Positions 40,286 to 55,453 of a DNA stretch of 64,000 nt are shown here, piece by piece (position 1 is the stretch's first letter; each line of letters begins with the position of its first letter). The notes under the pieces are model-generated. The model searched no databases, was not told the DNA's origin, and saw only the letters and a program-made list of their open reading frames with translations. Position numbers and translations under genes: made by a program. This stretch comes from Eledone cirrhosa (Eukaryota): assembly GCA_964016885.1 (NCBI GenBank), contig OZ024744.1:84320001-84384000 (forward strand). Reading direction: 5' to 3'.

Positions 40286-41185
40286 TCAGTTATACAACAG
40301 AACCATCTGTGTTCAGGGAACGTGAGGCCGCCTGTGAAACGTGGGACAGGGTGGCACTTAGCACGGTAGGTAGACGTCCCTCCTCCTTCTCCCCTGTTGA
40401 CGTCAAGTCCCCCCCCCCAACCAGCACCGCCTTGCTTGTTTTCGTGCGGCCTCCAAACCGCACAGTGGTGCCTGGCTCCATGCTCTGCCCTCCTTCTCCA
40501 CTGGCACGCAGCTAGACAACCATAGCCTGCGATTCGGCGTTTCCCTGAGGCTCGGCCTCTGGATCTGCCAGCCACACCAATGTCGCTGCGGTTCCAAGGT
40601 GGACTCTTTCGGCCTTCACCCTCTTTGCTGTCGCCACAGTGCCGGACGCATTCCACGCCATACTGCCCTCAACGAGGTCATTAAGCATGGCTTGGACGCT
40701 GCAGGCTTCCCTTGCCAGCTCGTCCGGTGGGGCTGGATCGAGGGGACGGCAAAAGGCTAGATAGCATGACCATATTCCCGCGGTGGCAAACCCCTCGTCT
40801 GGGCTGCCACTTGCACCGACACTTTCTGCAGCCGCAACCTGGTGCAATCTGCGACTGACCCAGGTTCTGCTGCACGTCGGGCTGAGGGGCCCAAACTCTT
40901 CATATACCGGCCGCTCTCCGACGGGTTTGCGGTCGTTCCCCTGGCAGTGGAAAGTTCTGGTGTCCTCGGCCCCAGGGCTACCTCCTTACTCACCACCATA
41001 GGCGCTGAGCTGGCCAGCCGCAGGTGTGAGCCCCGCGAGTTGGAGTGGCTTTTCCAGCGCGTCTACATTGCCGTCCTGCGGGGAAACGCCTTCTCCATTC
41101 TGTCCGCCGGAGCTGTGGGTGGGCCCCATAGCGTACCAATACATTAGTTAAATACCATTCTTTCATCTTATACAACACAATAAAG
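40286..41185 (+). mobile_element. CRE-like RLE fragment, copy 2
   Basis: Homologous to 14740-15630. Confidence 0.82.
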
Positions 41186-41803
41186 ATTTTATAGAATATT
41201 CATAAATTGTTATACCATTTACGTGTAATTGTTCTCGTTACTCCACATAATGTAGTATTATCTTCGTTTTTTCCGTTCATTGCCAGAGAACGTCTCCATG
41301 AACCATCTAATAGAATATTAGTCTACGACTTCATTTATACCATAAACGTGATTTTATCTTTGCGTGTAATTGTTTTTCACCGCTCCAAATAATGACGTAT
41401 TATATTCGTTTTTTTTTTTTGTTGTTCTTTGCCAGGGAACGTTTCCACGAACCAAAGTATCGTCTTCCTGTCTTCCTTTGGTTGCAACTTTTTTTGAAAT
41501 ATTTAATTCTGCGTTCACAGATTGAGTTTATTAGTTTCAGAAGATCCCGTTAAGGGTCAAAGCAGCGATTCTTTGCTTAAACTTTAATAAAATATATATA
41601 TATAAATATGTATATATATATGTTTTTTTCCTTATTCCAACGGCTTATTTTAAATGTACTGGGATTTAAACCTCTCCGACACTAATTTGCATAATAGACC
41701 AATAATAAAATTAGTAACCCCACTATCCCGGAGCTTCCAACCGACATGCTCGCATTCTTTAAGGGTATGTCAATATTTGTTTATAAAACTGATCTATATT
41801 ATA

Positions 41804-41864
41804 TTTTATCTGATGAAAGCGCACCATAATTTGATTTGGTGTCCTTGAAATATCTATGATGAAA
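41804..41864 (+). ncRNA. Degenerate hammerhead motif (copy of 16267-16327)
   Basis: CTGATGA-AAGCGCACCA..TGGTGTCCTT-GAAA. Confidence 0.5.
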
Positions 41865-41980
41865 TAAATATGGTTTTATAAATATAGTTTCAATTTGTTA
41901 ATATATTGTATGTATATATATATATATGTATATATATTTATATGTATAAATATATATGTATGTGTATATATATGTATATA

Positions 41981-42073
<93 letters not shown>

Positions 42074-42175
42074 TTCAAGAGTAACCAATCTTAAAGAGAG
42101 AGATGGAGATAGGAGAGGAGATATTAGAGGTAGGAGAGATTGGTGAATTAGTTAGAAGCCAAAGCGTAAAGGCAT

Positions 42176-43067
42176 GTGCTCAATGTGCAATATGCAGTAG
42201 AAAGCAGCTGGGTGTCTGGGTTCATGCAGAAGTTGGGTGCGCAGAGCTGGAAATATTCATTAGTTAAGCAAAACAAGACGACAAATTTCACAAGGAAGGC
42301 ATTATTAAATCTCGACAGATGTTCGACCACGCTAGCTAGGCTCATTAAAAACCTTAAATTGAGCAACGTTCAACACTCACTAAAATGGGATATCGTGGCT
42401 AGGGCCCAACCGTTCAATGGACGAAAAATCTTGTGATCTCTGTATTACAGAAGCATATTACATAACTCTATCACGACCTCTACCGATTAACGATAGAACG
42501 GAGGTAACTATTAGATGTCAACATCGAAGGGCTAATTCCTTCGCCAATAGAATATTTTTCCCAACTTAGTCATCTAGCCCCATTTTTACTTGTAGCTAAT
42601 AATTTAAATATTTATGACTAACTTAAATAATTATAAGTTACCTCCCCTACATTGTCTCTCAATTAACAAATTAAAAAATTAGCACTTAACTCGAAACTAC
42701 CCACAATTTCTAATCTCTCGATGAGTTACTTCCCCTGAAACCACCCTCTTATTAGTAAGGTAAATATGTCCTTTGGCAGCCATCTTGTTACCCATAGGCA
42801 GATCTCTCACAATGCAGCCTCGACAGATGAATATTGCTTGATTATGGCTGACAACTGATGCAACCAAGACACCATAGTGAAAAAGCAATATATGCAACAT
42901 TATATTATGTAACATACTCTCCTTATTTTAATTTATATTCCTTTGAAGTTCCGATGAGCCGCTCTGTGTTTTAAATATGTTAATTATTTTCAACTGAACC
43001 AGATCAATAATGATATATAGTCATCTGATCCAGAAATATGATATGGAGTAGCGAAACAATTGTAAAC
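42176..43067 (+). mobile_element. PLE 3' remnant with a degenerate hammerhead at 42948-43067 (copy of 16625-17481)
   Basis: Direct homology. Confidence 0.65.
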
Positions 43068-43094
43068 GGACATTATTATTATTAATATTATTAA

Positions 43095-43306
43095 GGGCGG
43101 TAGATTGGCAGTATCGGTAGAGGGTCGGACGCCATGCTTTGAAGCATACAGTTACCTCCCTTTATGATCTGAGTTCAAATCCCGCCGAGGTTAACTTTGC
43201 CTTTCATCCTTACGGGGTCGATAAAATAAAGTACCAGTAATGCACTGATAATTGCTGGCCTTGTGCCAAAAGTAGAAACAATTATTATTAATATTATTAT
43301 TATTAT
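43095..43306 (+). mobile_element. tRNA-derived SINE, copy 2
   Basis: A and B boxes plus core as at 17510. Confidence 0.8.
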
Positions 43307-43412
43307 TCTCTACATTCCTTACATCAAACTAAAATATGTTGACAATCTTTTAATAATGTCTTCCTTGTGAAATTTGTGGTCTTGTTTTGCTTAACTAATG
43401 AATATGTATATA

Positions 43413-43455
<43 letters not shown>

Positions 43456-43524
43456 ATATATATATGTATATATATGTGTGTATATATATATGTATATATA
43501 TATGTATATATGTGTATATATATT

Positions 43525-43555
<31 letters not shown>

Positions 43556-43566
43556 GTATATATATA

Positions 43567-46086
43567 TTTATATATATATAAAGGGAAGATGGAGATTGTT
43601 TGGTGTACCGAACTTGCATGCTACACCGTTCATCCAATTTTCATGAAACTTCACACATATATAAAACTCCACGCGTAGAGTGGAATAGACTACTTGAAAT
43701 TTTCGAAAAATCGATAATCGGTTCATATGACAGAATGTTATTCGATTCCAATGAAATTTTATGTGAATTCGAACACAAGAACTCTTAGTTTACATCTGGC
43801 GCAATAAAAATAAATTTCATATGCCCATATAAGGACGTGCGTTATTGATTGGACGGCCAGCTGCATGTCTTCCCAGCTGTCTCAGTAAACGACCGACCAT
43901 TAAAGAGTTTATCTTTTCATATTCCACCTTATTCAAGTGGAAATACAGTATTATCCTTATCTGAAAAGGGAACCAAATTTAATGGTGTCTTTTGTGATGC
44001 TAAAAGCTGTGAGTAAATTTTCAAACAGTCTTAAATAAACATGCTTTTTGAAAAAAAAATTACTAAATAATACGTTGACTAAGTTGTATTGTACACATAA
44101 AAAGTTGTAAAAAATGTTACGTCCTACCAATGTTTTCCTTTTTTAAACAAAAGATTCTAAAAAATTACTTAATTCATAATACAGTCTTTTGCACAGGAAG
44201 TGAGTAACTTTTCGGGTGTTTAAACGTAAGTTCACCAGGGTTTGTGTCTTCATTATTAGCCCACCTCTAATGGCATTTTTTGTTCTGCTTACGACTAAAT
44301 GTTATGAGCGTATTTGCAATTAATTGCGCACACGTGCACACCTGCATGCAGATAGACACTGACAGCCAATAAAAAATCGATAACTTGCTTATTAAGATAT
44401 CGGTCAAAAAGAGAGATTTTATGTACTTTAGAACATTTTTTGAATATATTGTTCTTTTTAGCATGATATGTCAGAAATATAGCTACTATACACTTTGGTT
44501 ATTTTTTGTAACTAAAAAACGGTTCCTTTTGGGTGGATACTTAGCGAGAAAAATCCTAGGGTTTTGGACAAGTTTGTTTCAGGCGCTGTATAGACGCCTA
44601 TTTTGTCACACCTTGGTCATGAATTCGTATTCTTTTCCAATAGATATTTTCCGCTCTATAAGGCTCACCAGGATATAAGGCGTATCATTTAAAATCCGGT
44701 CCGCGCAACGGCATGTGAGGCCAACTAGGAAAATGCTATCTTCTTTACTTTTAGTCTAGACCTATTACTTCTGTTAGAGCCGTGATTGATTACCATTGTA
44801 TTATTTATACATAAGGCTCACCGTTGTATAAAGCGCAGAGCTGTTTTTTTATTAAATTTAATTATTTTAAGTACAATTTATAGACCGGAAAATTCGGTAA
44901 CTTATTGTAATCATATTTCCAAACCTTCCTATTCACCAATAACCATGCTAACGAATCTGGTGTCATCTCTCTCTGTATTTAATCACCTCTCTCTAACCTA
45001 ACAGCTTCGTTACACGTCGTTATGCCCACACGGAAACGTTCAAGACTTACCTCCAAAAAAGGTACAGCTACTGCTTTGAGACAACGAATTAGGCGTTCTC
45101 AGGTATGAGTTCATTCACAATTGATTAATCCTTTATGCAATATTCTCCCTTAATGTTAGCAAGTACTGCGTTTATCCTAACTGTCACCACTTTTAAGCAA
45201 CTACAACATTCTAATCGTAGTTATATTAAATTTATTGTCTTACCTTGATTCCCTTTTGTTCATGTTAGACTTTTCTCATTTACTATTGACACTGCCATTG
45301 GCTTAGCTAACCAGTAGAATTAATTAATTTTCTCTAGCAAACACCTGCTGAGCGCAAATCTCGACTCGCTGATAGACGTCTTTCCCGGCTGGTTGAGTCA
45401 CCAACATCACGAACGACAAGGCTTGCTGATGTTCGCCTTCGTCGCCAACAAGCGCTGACGGAGGAATCACCAGCATCCCGTCAGACGAGGGTTGAGGCTG
45501 TGGCAAAGGGCAATAACCCTAGATACAATTTTGATCAACTTTATTTCACCTATAGCAAATTTACCGGGACAGGTTTTTAGCTACTCAAATCTACTTCAGA
45601 GATCACGCATTGATGTAAAAAATCAATAAAACTGAAGCGGGGCTCGACTTTGCGCAAAAAAACAAGGCATAGTTACACATGGGAAAACTTTTTACAGGAA
45701 CGTCCTATATTCTTGAAAACTGTCACAAAAGACGCGCCATTATGCCGCGGTTAAGATAAAGGCCCTTTTAATTCTTCTTCCGCACATGTGAGCGCAAAAA
45801 TTGTAAAAAAAAAAGAACCCTGAAATTAATCGACATTTTCTCCCTGCTTTAAATTAAATGAACATTCAATATCAAGCGATTTTGACTTCCGTCAGTCGTG
45901 CAGAGAACAATTTCAACGATACACTGTGTAACTACAATTAATGAAAGACACACCTGTGTCTACTAACCTATTTTTTTTCATTGAAGTTCGAAGTTTTGAA
46001 CCTGTGATGCGCGGGAAGTAACTTTCACACATTCTAGCAGACCAAAGGTCGACTTACACCCGGGCAACGCCGGGTACTTCTGCTAG
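43567..46086 (+). mobile_element. Non-autonomous Helitron of a second family, inserted in a (TA)n tract
   Basis: 3' CCCGG-GCAACG-CCGGG-TACTTCTG-CTAG followed by T; absent from the equivalent TA tract at 17820-18210; 5' end approximate. Confidence 0.85.
45022..45580 (+). CDS. Predicted two-exon 107-aa basic protein with STPR-like 23-aa repeats (exons 45022-45102 and 45338-45580)
   Basis: ATG; donor CAG|GTATGA; acceptor TTTTCTCTAG|; the phase-0 join is open to TAG. Confidence 0.55.
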
Positions 46087-46160
46087 TATGTATATATATA
46101 TATGTATGTATATATATATATGTATCTATATATATATGTATATATATGTATATATATATG

Positions 46161-46245
<85 letters not shown>

Positions 46246-46268
46246 GTATTTATATATGTATATATATG

Positions 46269-46306
<38 letters not shown>

Positions 46307-46894
46307 TGTATATCCATGTGCAACCATGCAGTATTCTTCTTCCCCTTGTTTTTCATATGTATTTACCTAAACTGCGATTATCTGTTTCTCTCTTTCTCTC
46401 TTACTGCTGCCCCGTTCTCTTTGTTTCTCTTACCTTCTTTCACCCTCTCTGTCAGTTACACTTTTTCTCACGACTGACCTCTTCCAAGCACTTCCACTCA
46501 CTCACTCTCTGTTCCTCCCCTTCTCACTTCCTCCCGTTCGCTACTAGTGGGGTTCCTTCTTTCTCACACCGCACTCACGGCATACGGTCTGCTTCTCTGA
46601 CCGCTCATGAAATTCACCCAGCTTATGCTGATCGGATAACTACCATGTGGCTTGCTGTTTTCCAGCCTTCAGTTTGCTTTTCCTTCCGTTGTTTACTTGT
46701 CTCACTCGCTTTACGCGTTTCACTTGTCCCAATAGTTTATTTTAGTTATTGCTCGCACCAACCTGAGGTATCTGATTTTTAATGCGATGAAATACCAATG
46801 ATGGTTGGCAAAATCACTGATGAGGGACTAATTTTATAATATGTAATCCATGTGCAACCATGCAGTATTCTTCTTCCCCTTGTTTTTCACATAT

Positions 46895-47058
<164 letters not shown>

Positions 47059-47130
47059 TATATATATATATGTATATGTAAAATAAAGTTAAATAATAAG
47101 TCACATGTTTAAAATTTAGCTTCGTTTATT

Positions 47131-47185
47131 ACTGCTATATATATTTCAGTGACAGCCATCTTTGGCTGTGACCTCTTCAGGCAGT
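47131..47185 (-). ncRNA. Minimal type I hammerhead ribozyme (same sequence as 18869-18923)
   Basis: Same ACTGC-CTGAAGA...GAAA-TATATA-TA-GCAGT. Confidence 0.82.
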
Positions 47186-47279
47186 TTGAATTAGTATGGT
47201 ATAGACAAGTACATATGTTGTTGAGGTGTATAATATTGTCAATACTCTGATATGCCCAGTTCCTGGTTGGGTTGTTATT

Positions 47280-50200
47280 TCATATATATATATATTACTT
47301 TGAAGAACGTCAGTATTCCGTGTGTCAGAATTCTCGATTATCATTGGTTCATAGGTTTCAATCGACTCCGCCCACCTCAACGACGCCAAACTGAAATTAA
47401 TATGCATAATGCCAACGAGGGAGTAGAGGGGAGAGTGTGAACGCTATATGTCTCAGTGTAGAGACATGTGTGTGTGTGATGTGTGTGGAAATAAGAATTA
47501 AAGGAAAGCAATACCTATTGACATGCGTGCATGTGTATGTATGTGCGCGTATGTTTATGTGTGCGTGCGTGCAGCGTTCCACAGAAAGTAAAAACTATCA
47601 ACATGTGTGAGTGTGTGCGTGCGTAAGTTTGCGTGCTGTGCGCGTTTCCATGCGTGTATGTGTGTGTACGTGTGGCATTCCACAATCGCCACGCAGTTAA
47701 TCTGTCTCTGTGCCTATCTGTCAGTCTAACATACACAGAGTTGTGAAGGGAGTAAATAGGGACCTTTCTTTACATTGACGGACATCTTTTATATTTTTTA
47801 TTGTGTCATTTTTTGACAATTGCTCGAAATGAATACTGATAATAAAAGCAATTCGACTTTATCAAACAGTGAACTACAGCGGCGACGGCCTGCAGCCAGC
47901 AATGAAGAAACGGGCCGAACAGCACCATCGGAACGCCGAACTTCAGAGGCGAAGACGTGCAGTCATGAATGAAGAGGAGCTGACCGAACAACGCCAACGA
48001 AACACTGGAGCCAAGCAGCGACGGCGTGCCGCGATGGCTGAAGACGAACTGGCTGAGCATCATCAGCAGATGGCCAGAATTCAGCAGCAACGGCGTGCTA
48101 CGTTGGATGAAGTGGAGCTGGCTGAACATCCGCCAGCGCAATACAGAAGTTCAGAGAATGTGTCGCCAAAGTGCTCCTCATTCCAGTAACGAGGCTAGAA
48201 GGCGAACGAATGATATTAAAAATAGATCATGGCAACCGTGTCATTTTCAGATTGGTGGATGAACAGAGTGTCCACATTGTGGAGCATTGCTTCGGAGGCA
48301 CGAAAAGTCGTGGGCCACAATGTGCTGTCATAAAGGAGCAGTTCAACTAGAACCCTTGCGAAGGCCGGATGATGAGGAGTCACTGGCGTTTAAAATACTA
48401 AGTATGTGGGGTGATCAAGGAGACCGAGGGAGATTATTGCGCAAATATTTGCGGCAAATTAACAATTCATTAGCTTTAGCATCGTAGAGAGTTAGTAAGA
48501 TGTTTGAGAGTGGAGCATGGCAACCGAATGAGGTCATCATTCAAGGCCCTTTGCATCATTGTATCGGTAATTTAGAAGTTACCCCAGGAGTGAGGCCTTG
48601 ATTCGATTAAATTAACGTTAACGATCCAGATTATAGTGAATCGGAGGAGGATATCAGAATCGGTTGGATGAAGTTGCCGGGAACTATAACTGAACTTGAA
48701 CCGTGATTTGCAATCATGGCTTACACAGTGTAATCCTTATGTTATGGATTTCATGTTGGTTGCTGACCTGCAAAATGTTCAGCAGCAAACATTGGTGATT
48801 AAGGCTGACACAGTGCCAAGGAATCAACACGAACGGCGATATAATGCCCCTGAAGGATTTCGTGAATTTGCTGTGTTGATGGACGATAAGCCTGGATGGA
48901 GAGATATCGTCCTCAATCGCAGAGATTGTGGTCTCAAGACTATCAATGAGTCAAATAGGGCATACGATCCATTGCATTATGTTCTTTTATTCCCAAAAGG
49001 TGAAAATGGATGGAACATATCTGTTCATTTAGATGATCATGAGAATCAGCATCAACAGGGAGGTGGCAATAGACACAATAATTCGATTCGAGACTTTTAC
49101 GCGTTACATTTGAACGAGAGGAATCAACAGAGAAATGCGCTATTTCAAGCCAGCAGATTGTTCCAGGAATACTGTTGTATGGAATTCGCAAAGATCGAAA
49201 ATCAAAGGCTAAATTATATAGCTACACATCAGCAACATATCAGAGCTGAATTATATAATAATATACAGGATGCGATAACAGCCGATGATGCCAATTACAA
49301 GCAAATTGGTCGACACATCATTTTGCCATCGTCGTTCATCGGTGGCCCGAGATATATGAAGATTCGCTATCAGGATGCAATGGCTATTGTCAGAAAGTTT
49401 GCAAAGCCAGATTTGTTTATAAGAGTTACATGCAATCCTGAATGGACTGATATTAAGGATGCACTTTTGCCAGGACAACAGCCAAAGGACCGTCTTGATA
49501 TTGTGGCAAGAGTATTCAAAGGATATCTGGAAAAGATAATGGATGATGTGGAAAAAGAGGGAATCTTTGGAGGTATAGTTGCTTTTGCATACGTCATTGA
49601 ATTCCCAAAAAAGAGGATTGCCACATGCACATTTGCTGATCATTTTACATAGAGATTGCAAATTGAGATCTGTTGAGGATGTCGGCAGCATTGTGTGTGG
49701 TGAACTGCCGGAGAGTGAGACACTACGCCACTTGGTGGAAAAGTCAATGGTGCACAACCAATGCGGTGTGGCAAATCGGAAAGCGCCTTGCATGAAAAAT
49801 GGCCAATGCAGTAAGCACTTTCCGAAATCTTTTGTCACGAACACTTCCTGGAGCGCGAGAGATGCTCATCCCTCATACAGAAGACGGTCGCCTGCAGATG
49901 GCGGTTTGGTCGAAAATATAAACGGTCGACAGGTTACAAATCAATGGGTTGTGCCATACAATCCATATTTGATTATGAAATATCGTTGTCATATTAATGT
50001 GGAAATTTGTAGCTCAGTGAAAGCTTGCAAATATCTATTCAAATATGTTTACAAAGGTCATGATCGGGCAATGATCAATGTCAGGAATGAGGAAGCGAAC
50101 CAAGGAGATGAAGTTGGCAGGTTCCAGGATGTTCGCTCGATTGGATCTAGCGAAGCTTGCTGGAGATTGTTCGATTTTGATCTCAATGAACGCAAACCCA

Positions 50201-53114
50201 GCGTTCAGAAACTGACGGTTCACTTAGAGAATAGGCAAATGGTCTGTTTTCAGGACACTAGAAGAGCTGTCGAAAGATTTGCTAACGCACCACCTCCTAA
50301 GACGGAATTGACTGAGTGGTTCAAGCATAATCGGGAACATGCTTTGAACCCGGATCAAAGGCAACTCTACTGCGATTTCCCGTCGCACTTTACGTGGGAT
50401 AAGAAGGGAAAGAAATGGAATGATAAAAAACAAAAGTTGAGATTCATGACTATTGGACGGGTTTGTAATGTCCATCCAGCATCTGGTGATGTGTTTTATC
50501 TCCGAATTCTGTTGCATAGTGATTTTTCGAGTGGTAAACAGAGCTTCGCTGATTTGAAAACAATCGATGGCGTGGAATATGAAACATACCAGGCTGTCTG
50601 TCAGCATCTGGGACTACTTCAGGATGACACTGAATGGAATAACGCCAGGGAAGCTGAACGAACAACACAGATGCCAGCTTAAATAAGGCAGTTGTTTGTC
50701 ACGATTCTAGGATTCTGCAATCCTGCCGATCCAAGAGAGTTATTTGAACGCCATTTGGGAATTATGGCTGATGATTTTAGGCATCATCTTCTGGTCGATG
50801 ATGAGCAACTGCTTGAAGTTCATTTCAAATGTTTAACAGATTTCAATTTGCTAATTCCTGATTAAGGAATGCGGCAACGTGTCTTAGCATTGAACATGAG
50901 ATTGCAGCTTAGACGGTTGCCACTCGATCGGAGGGAACTATTCCAGTTTGATCCACTGGAACAGCAACGTATTATGGATGAACGTATGCCAATGTTGACA
51001 TAATCTCAGAGAGAATTGGTCGATGGCGTTCTCCACTCGATTTCCACTAATGAGCAACGTTGTGCTTTCAGGGGGCACCGGAAAGACATTCTGTTTCAAC
51101 ACTATGTTATCGGCAGTCAGAGCTCAGAGGAGGATTGCTCTCCCTGCTGTGGCCACCAGTGGGATCACTGCCACTTTGCTGAGTGGTGGAAAGACGTTCC
51201 ACTCATGCTTCAAGGCTCTATTGGCTCCGGATGAGTTGAGTGTCTGTAACATTACAGGACAAAGTGAACTCCTGCGCCTTATACGCAATACGTCTCTGAT
51301 TATTTGCACACAGATATTTGCTGAAGGCTTTTCAGAGTTTTGCGATTACACAATAATATGCGACTTCGTATGTTCGGGCAAAACGAAGAGGCTGAGACAT
51401 ACGGCCGATGGTTGATGCAGTTGGGAAATAATGAATTGCCACACGTTGGTGATACTCAGACTGTAAGAATCCCAGACAATTTGGTCATGCCACTGGAACG
51501 CCAAGCATTGATTGACTGGGTGTTCCCTAATTTGAATGCTTTTTGGCAGAATATCTCCTGGATATCAGAACGCGTTATTCTAACTCATACGAATGGAACG
51601 GTCGATGAAATAAATTCACAAGTAGCCGGAATGTTTCCTGGAGAGGAATGGTTGACCGTCAGTGCGGATGCAGTGGAGCCTAATCAGCAGAACAATATGG
51701 ACGTTCCGATTGAGTATCTGAATTCACTTCAAATACCCGGATGTCCCCCACATATTTTGAGGTTGAAAAGGGGTATGCCGATTATATTGCTTAGAAATAT
51801 CAATCATAAAATGGGTTTTTGCAATGGTACCAGATTGATTGTTGAGAGATTGATTAACGGAAGAGTTTTAGAAGCTAAACACCCAGGCAGAGAAGACTCG
51901 GTTCTCATTCCGAGGATCATGCTGAGACCAAGTGAAGATCTGCTGCCATTTATTTGGCAAAGGAGACAGTTTCCCGTCAATTTGACCTTCTGCATGACTG
52001 TCAACAAGGCACAGGGACAGACTTTCAAGCGAGTCGGTGTCTACTTGAATGATCCAGCATTCAGCCATGGGCAACTGTATGTTGCTGCATCTCGAGTGTG
52101 CGATCCTGATGGTATAAAATTTGCAATTGATACCACTAACTGAGGAACAAACCTGAATATTGTCTATAATGAAGTTTTGAGCTGTTGTATGCATATCTTT
52201 AATGCTATCAATAAGCGACGTAAATTATTCGGACATTGGTGTCCTTTGATCAGTATTGTGAGCTTTGACAGAGTTATCATTTATGTTCAATATCATTTAA
52301 TGTCGTTATGAGTAATAAAAACAAACAAGTATTGGTAAAAATTGCATTCACTGCCATGTTGCGCTATAAAAACCAACAAGTATTGGTAGAAATTGTCTTC
52401 AAGTTTATCGCTTCTGAAAGCGGTGGTAATAAAACCTCATCATATGCTGAGTCTGGCAAAGGTTTTGGTGCCTATGGCCGGCCAGGGCTAGAGTTTTATT
52501 GAAAAACGATTCTGTTTTCGAAGTAGAAGCATCCGCCATTTGGAGCTCAAACCAGCCCACCTCCCCGAATTGAACTCTGGCCAATATTGACTGTCTATTA
52601 CTCAGTGGCTAAGAGCCTGGAAATTACTGAATAAATTTTTGTGTCATATAATTTGTTGTTTTATTATTATAGCTGACCACTTACAGATAAGCATGTTATC
52701 CATATCCATATTAATTTGGCATTTGTATAAACCATTTCAAGTAAATAGGGACCTTTTTTACATTGACAGACATCTTTTATATTAATTATTTATATCTATA
52801 TCTACATATAATATAAAAGATTGGAACTTCCATCATCCTTTTGAGAAAATGACTGTATTGGATATTTGTCTGGTTACAGTATGAAGCGAGTCCGTGGTCT
52901 CTGTGTCATACAAAAATACAGTACAAAAAATCTTCCAGATATACTAGGTTCCTCGTTGTACCGTTTATGCATAGTATATGAACAATTCTAGGTGCTCCCA
53001 CCTAGAATAGTGACCTCCAGGAGATGGTTCATCTTCTGCCTGACTGTCATTTTCGCTTTTACCTGTCTTCTCTTATCATCTGTTTACCCGGGCGAAGCTG
53101 GGTACGTCAGCTAG
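47280..53114 (+). mobile_element. Helitron copy 3, near full-length and decayed
   Basis: RepHel remnant; 3' hairpin plus CTAG at 53111-53114; candidate 5' TC at 47280 is uncertain. Confidence 0.93.
47829..52182 (+). pseudogene. Helitron RepHel pseudogene
   Basis: Long frames with DLFIRVTCNPEW, QKRGLPHAH, KYLFKYVYKG, GGTGKT, KAQGQT and HGQLYVAASR; helicase motifs II and III are deleted near 51305-51330. Confidence 0.95.
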
Positions 53115-53412
53115 TATATATATATATACACAAATATATATATATATATATATATATGAGTGTGACAATTAAGTAATACTAATAATTGTTTGTGTGTATT
53201 CAACTAATTTCGCCTCCTTTAAGCTGACTGTCGACTTATTTAGGAAAATTGTATAGGGAGGCAGTTGGAGGAGAATGTACTGTTATTTCTAGCACACAGA
53301 TATCGTCTTTTCGTTCACCATGATATCATATAGAAAAAGGGAACCACAACACTTCGCACTCTCTCTAACTAAAACTTTTCTTTGTTTGTTGTCTGCTGGT
53401 CTGACATCTGAA

Positions 53413-53474
<62 letters not shown>

Positions 53475-54582
53475 GAAGTTAATATGCCCACGGGTACTAA
53501 GTACCCCTGGAAATATATAGGGTGTCTATGAAACAGGGTTGTTCAATGGTATTACTTTGACATACCAGAACTATAATATTGAGATAAGCAGAATAAGCAA
53601 AATTTAAACAATTTTTATTTTTTTATTTAAAAAATATAATTTAAATATTTACCCACTCCAGTGCTTTTACTGATCAGTTTCACTTCACAAAACATTAGAA
53701 ATCCATGGGATCTCCAATGGGAAAGAGAAGATCTTCGGAAAGCATTTTACTTTCCTAGGGTAAAAAGTCCTAGGAACGGCAAAATATATTTCCTTCTACT
53801 AGCTAGTACAGGATCGAAAGAGGCCGAAATTTGACCTATACATGAACCAGTCCGTAGCAAAAGCGGAAGTAAACATAGACGTGTTGTCTGTCTCACCACT
53901 AAAAATAGCAGCTAAATAGAACAACAGATTTGTTCTCTACGTGAGGTCGAAGACAAAATATATAAATATACCAACATAGTATTCACCTATTTGACGATGT
54001 AAATTGGAGAAATTGGGTCAACCGCAGCCCTATACACACCCAAGTAAATTCAGTTCAATGTTCTGTTATACGTGTATCGATTGAATTGTAAATAGTGTAT
54101 GTTTTCGTACATACACATCCGTATCGTCAAAAAAAGTGTATGTTTTGGTATATACACATCCATGTGAAGAGCAAGTAGTCAGTTCATATCGAACTCTGTA
54201 TGTGCCGTTGTCCCCTTGAGAATCTGAGTCCCCAATCTGTGCGTGCAAGCAACCGCCATGTAGGCCAACAAGTGGCTCTGTATAGGGTAGGGTATTTTAG
54301 TTAAGGTGTCAGTATGTGCGTTTTCCCGTCATATGGGCCGTTGGGCTTTTAAGATAGGTGTTTGAGTGGTGGAGGTGAGTTACCCAACACAGAAATAAAA
54401 TAAAATAAAATAAAAAAGAATAGCAAAACCCCGAGGATGTGTGTAAGCCCATTAATGGTGTGTAAGTAATATTGTCCAATCAGTAACAGTGAGCACTCCA
54501 TGGATAGATGATCATGGATCAAAAGCTAGTGTAGTGTTGAATTGATAGGATCGTGACCAGTCATAATATATATATATATATA

Positions 54583-54706
54583 TATATAAAGAATGAATAA
54601 TAACAGGTAGACATCATAAAAAGGTAATTTATTCCGTGTGCTTGTAAGCACACGGAATAAATTACCTTTTTATGATGTCTACCTGTTATTATTCATTCTT
54701 TATATA
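54583..54706. repeat. 124-bp palindrome (collapsed form of 6299-6630)
   Basis: Centre GTGTGCTT-GT-AAGCACAC. Confidence 0.92.
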
Positions 54707-54842
54707 CACTCCGGAATACTGAAGGATCAGGAACTAAGTTTCTTCAACAATTCTTCCATAACTCGTAGAGTAACCTCTTACCGTACGTCAACCATATCCA
54801 GTGTAGTAATTAACCATTACTACATCTTGGATAATCCTATAC

Positions 54843-54911
<69 letters not shown>

Positions 54912-55453
54912 TAAAATAACAGATTAAAGCTTAAGCAAAGAATCGCTGCTTTCAACCTTAACGGGATCTTCTGAAACTAACAAAGTCAATCTGTAAACGC
55001 AGAACTGGATATTTCAAAAAACGTTGCACCCGGAAGAAGACAGGAAGACGATACTTTGGTTCGTGAAAACGTTCGCTGGCAAAGAATGGGAAAAAACGAA
55101 TAATACGTTATTAATAGGAGCGGTGAAAAACAATTACGCGCAAAGACAGAACTACGTTTATGGTATAAAAGAGGTCGTAGACTAATGTTCTCTTAGGTTG
55201 TGCATAGAGACGTTCTCTGGCAATGAACGAAAAAATGAAGATAATAAGTCATATGTGGAGCGTGGAGAACAATAGCACGCAAAAACAAAACCACGTAAAT
55301 GGTATAGCAGAAGTCGTAGACTAAAATTCTAACTAGGAGACCAAATGATATATATATATTAATATATCAAAGGTGTATATTGAGTTAGAAACTCCAAATA
55401 GTCTCTTACAATAAAATAGCTCTAAGAAAGGAATATTTCCGAGCCCTATATTA

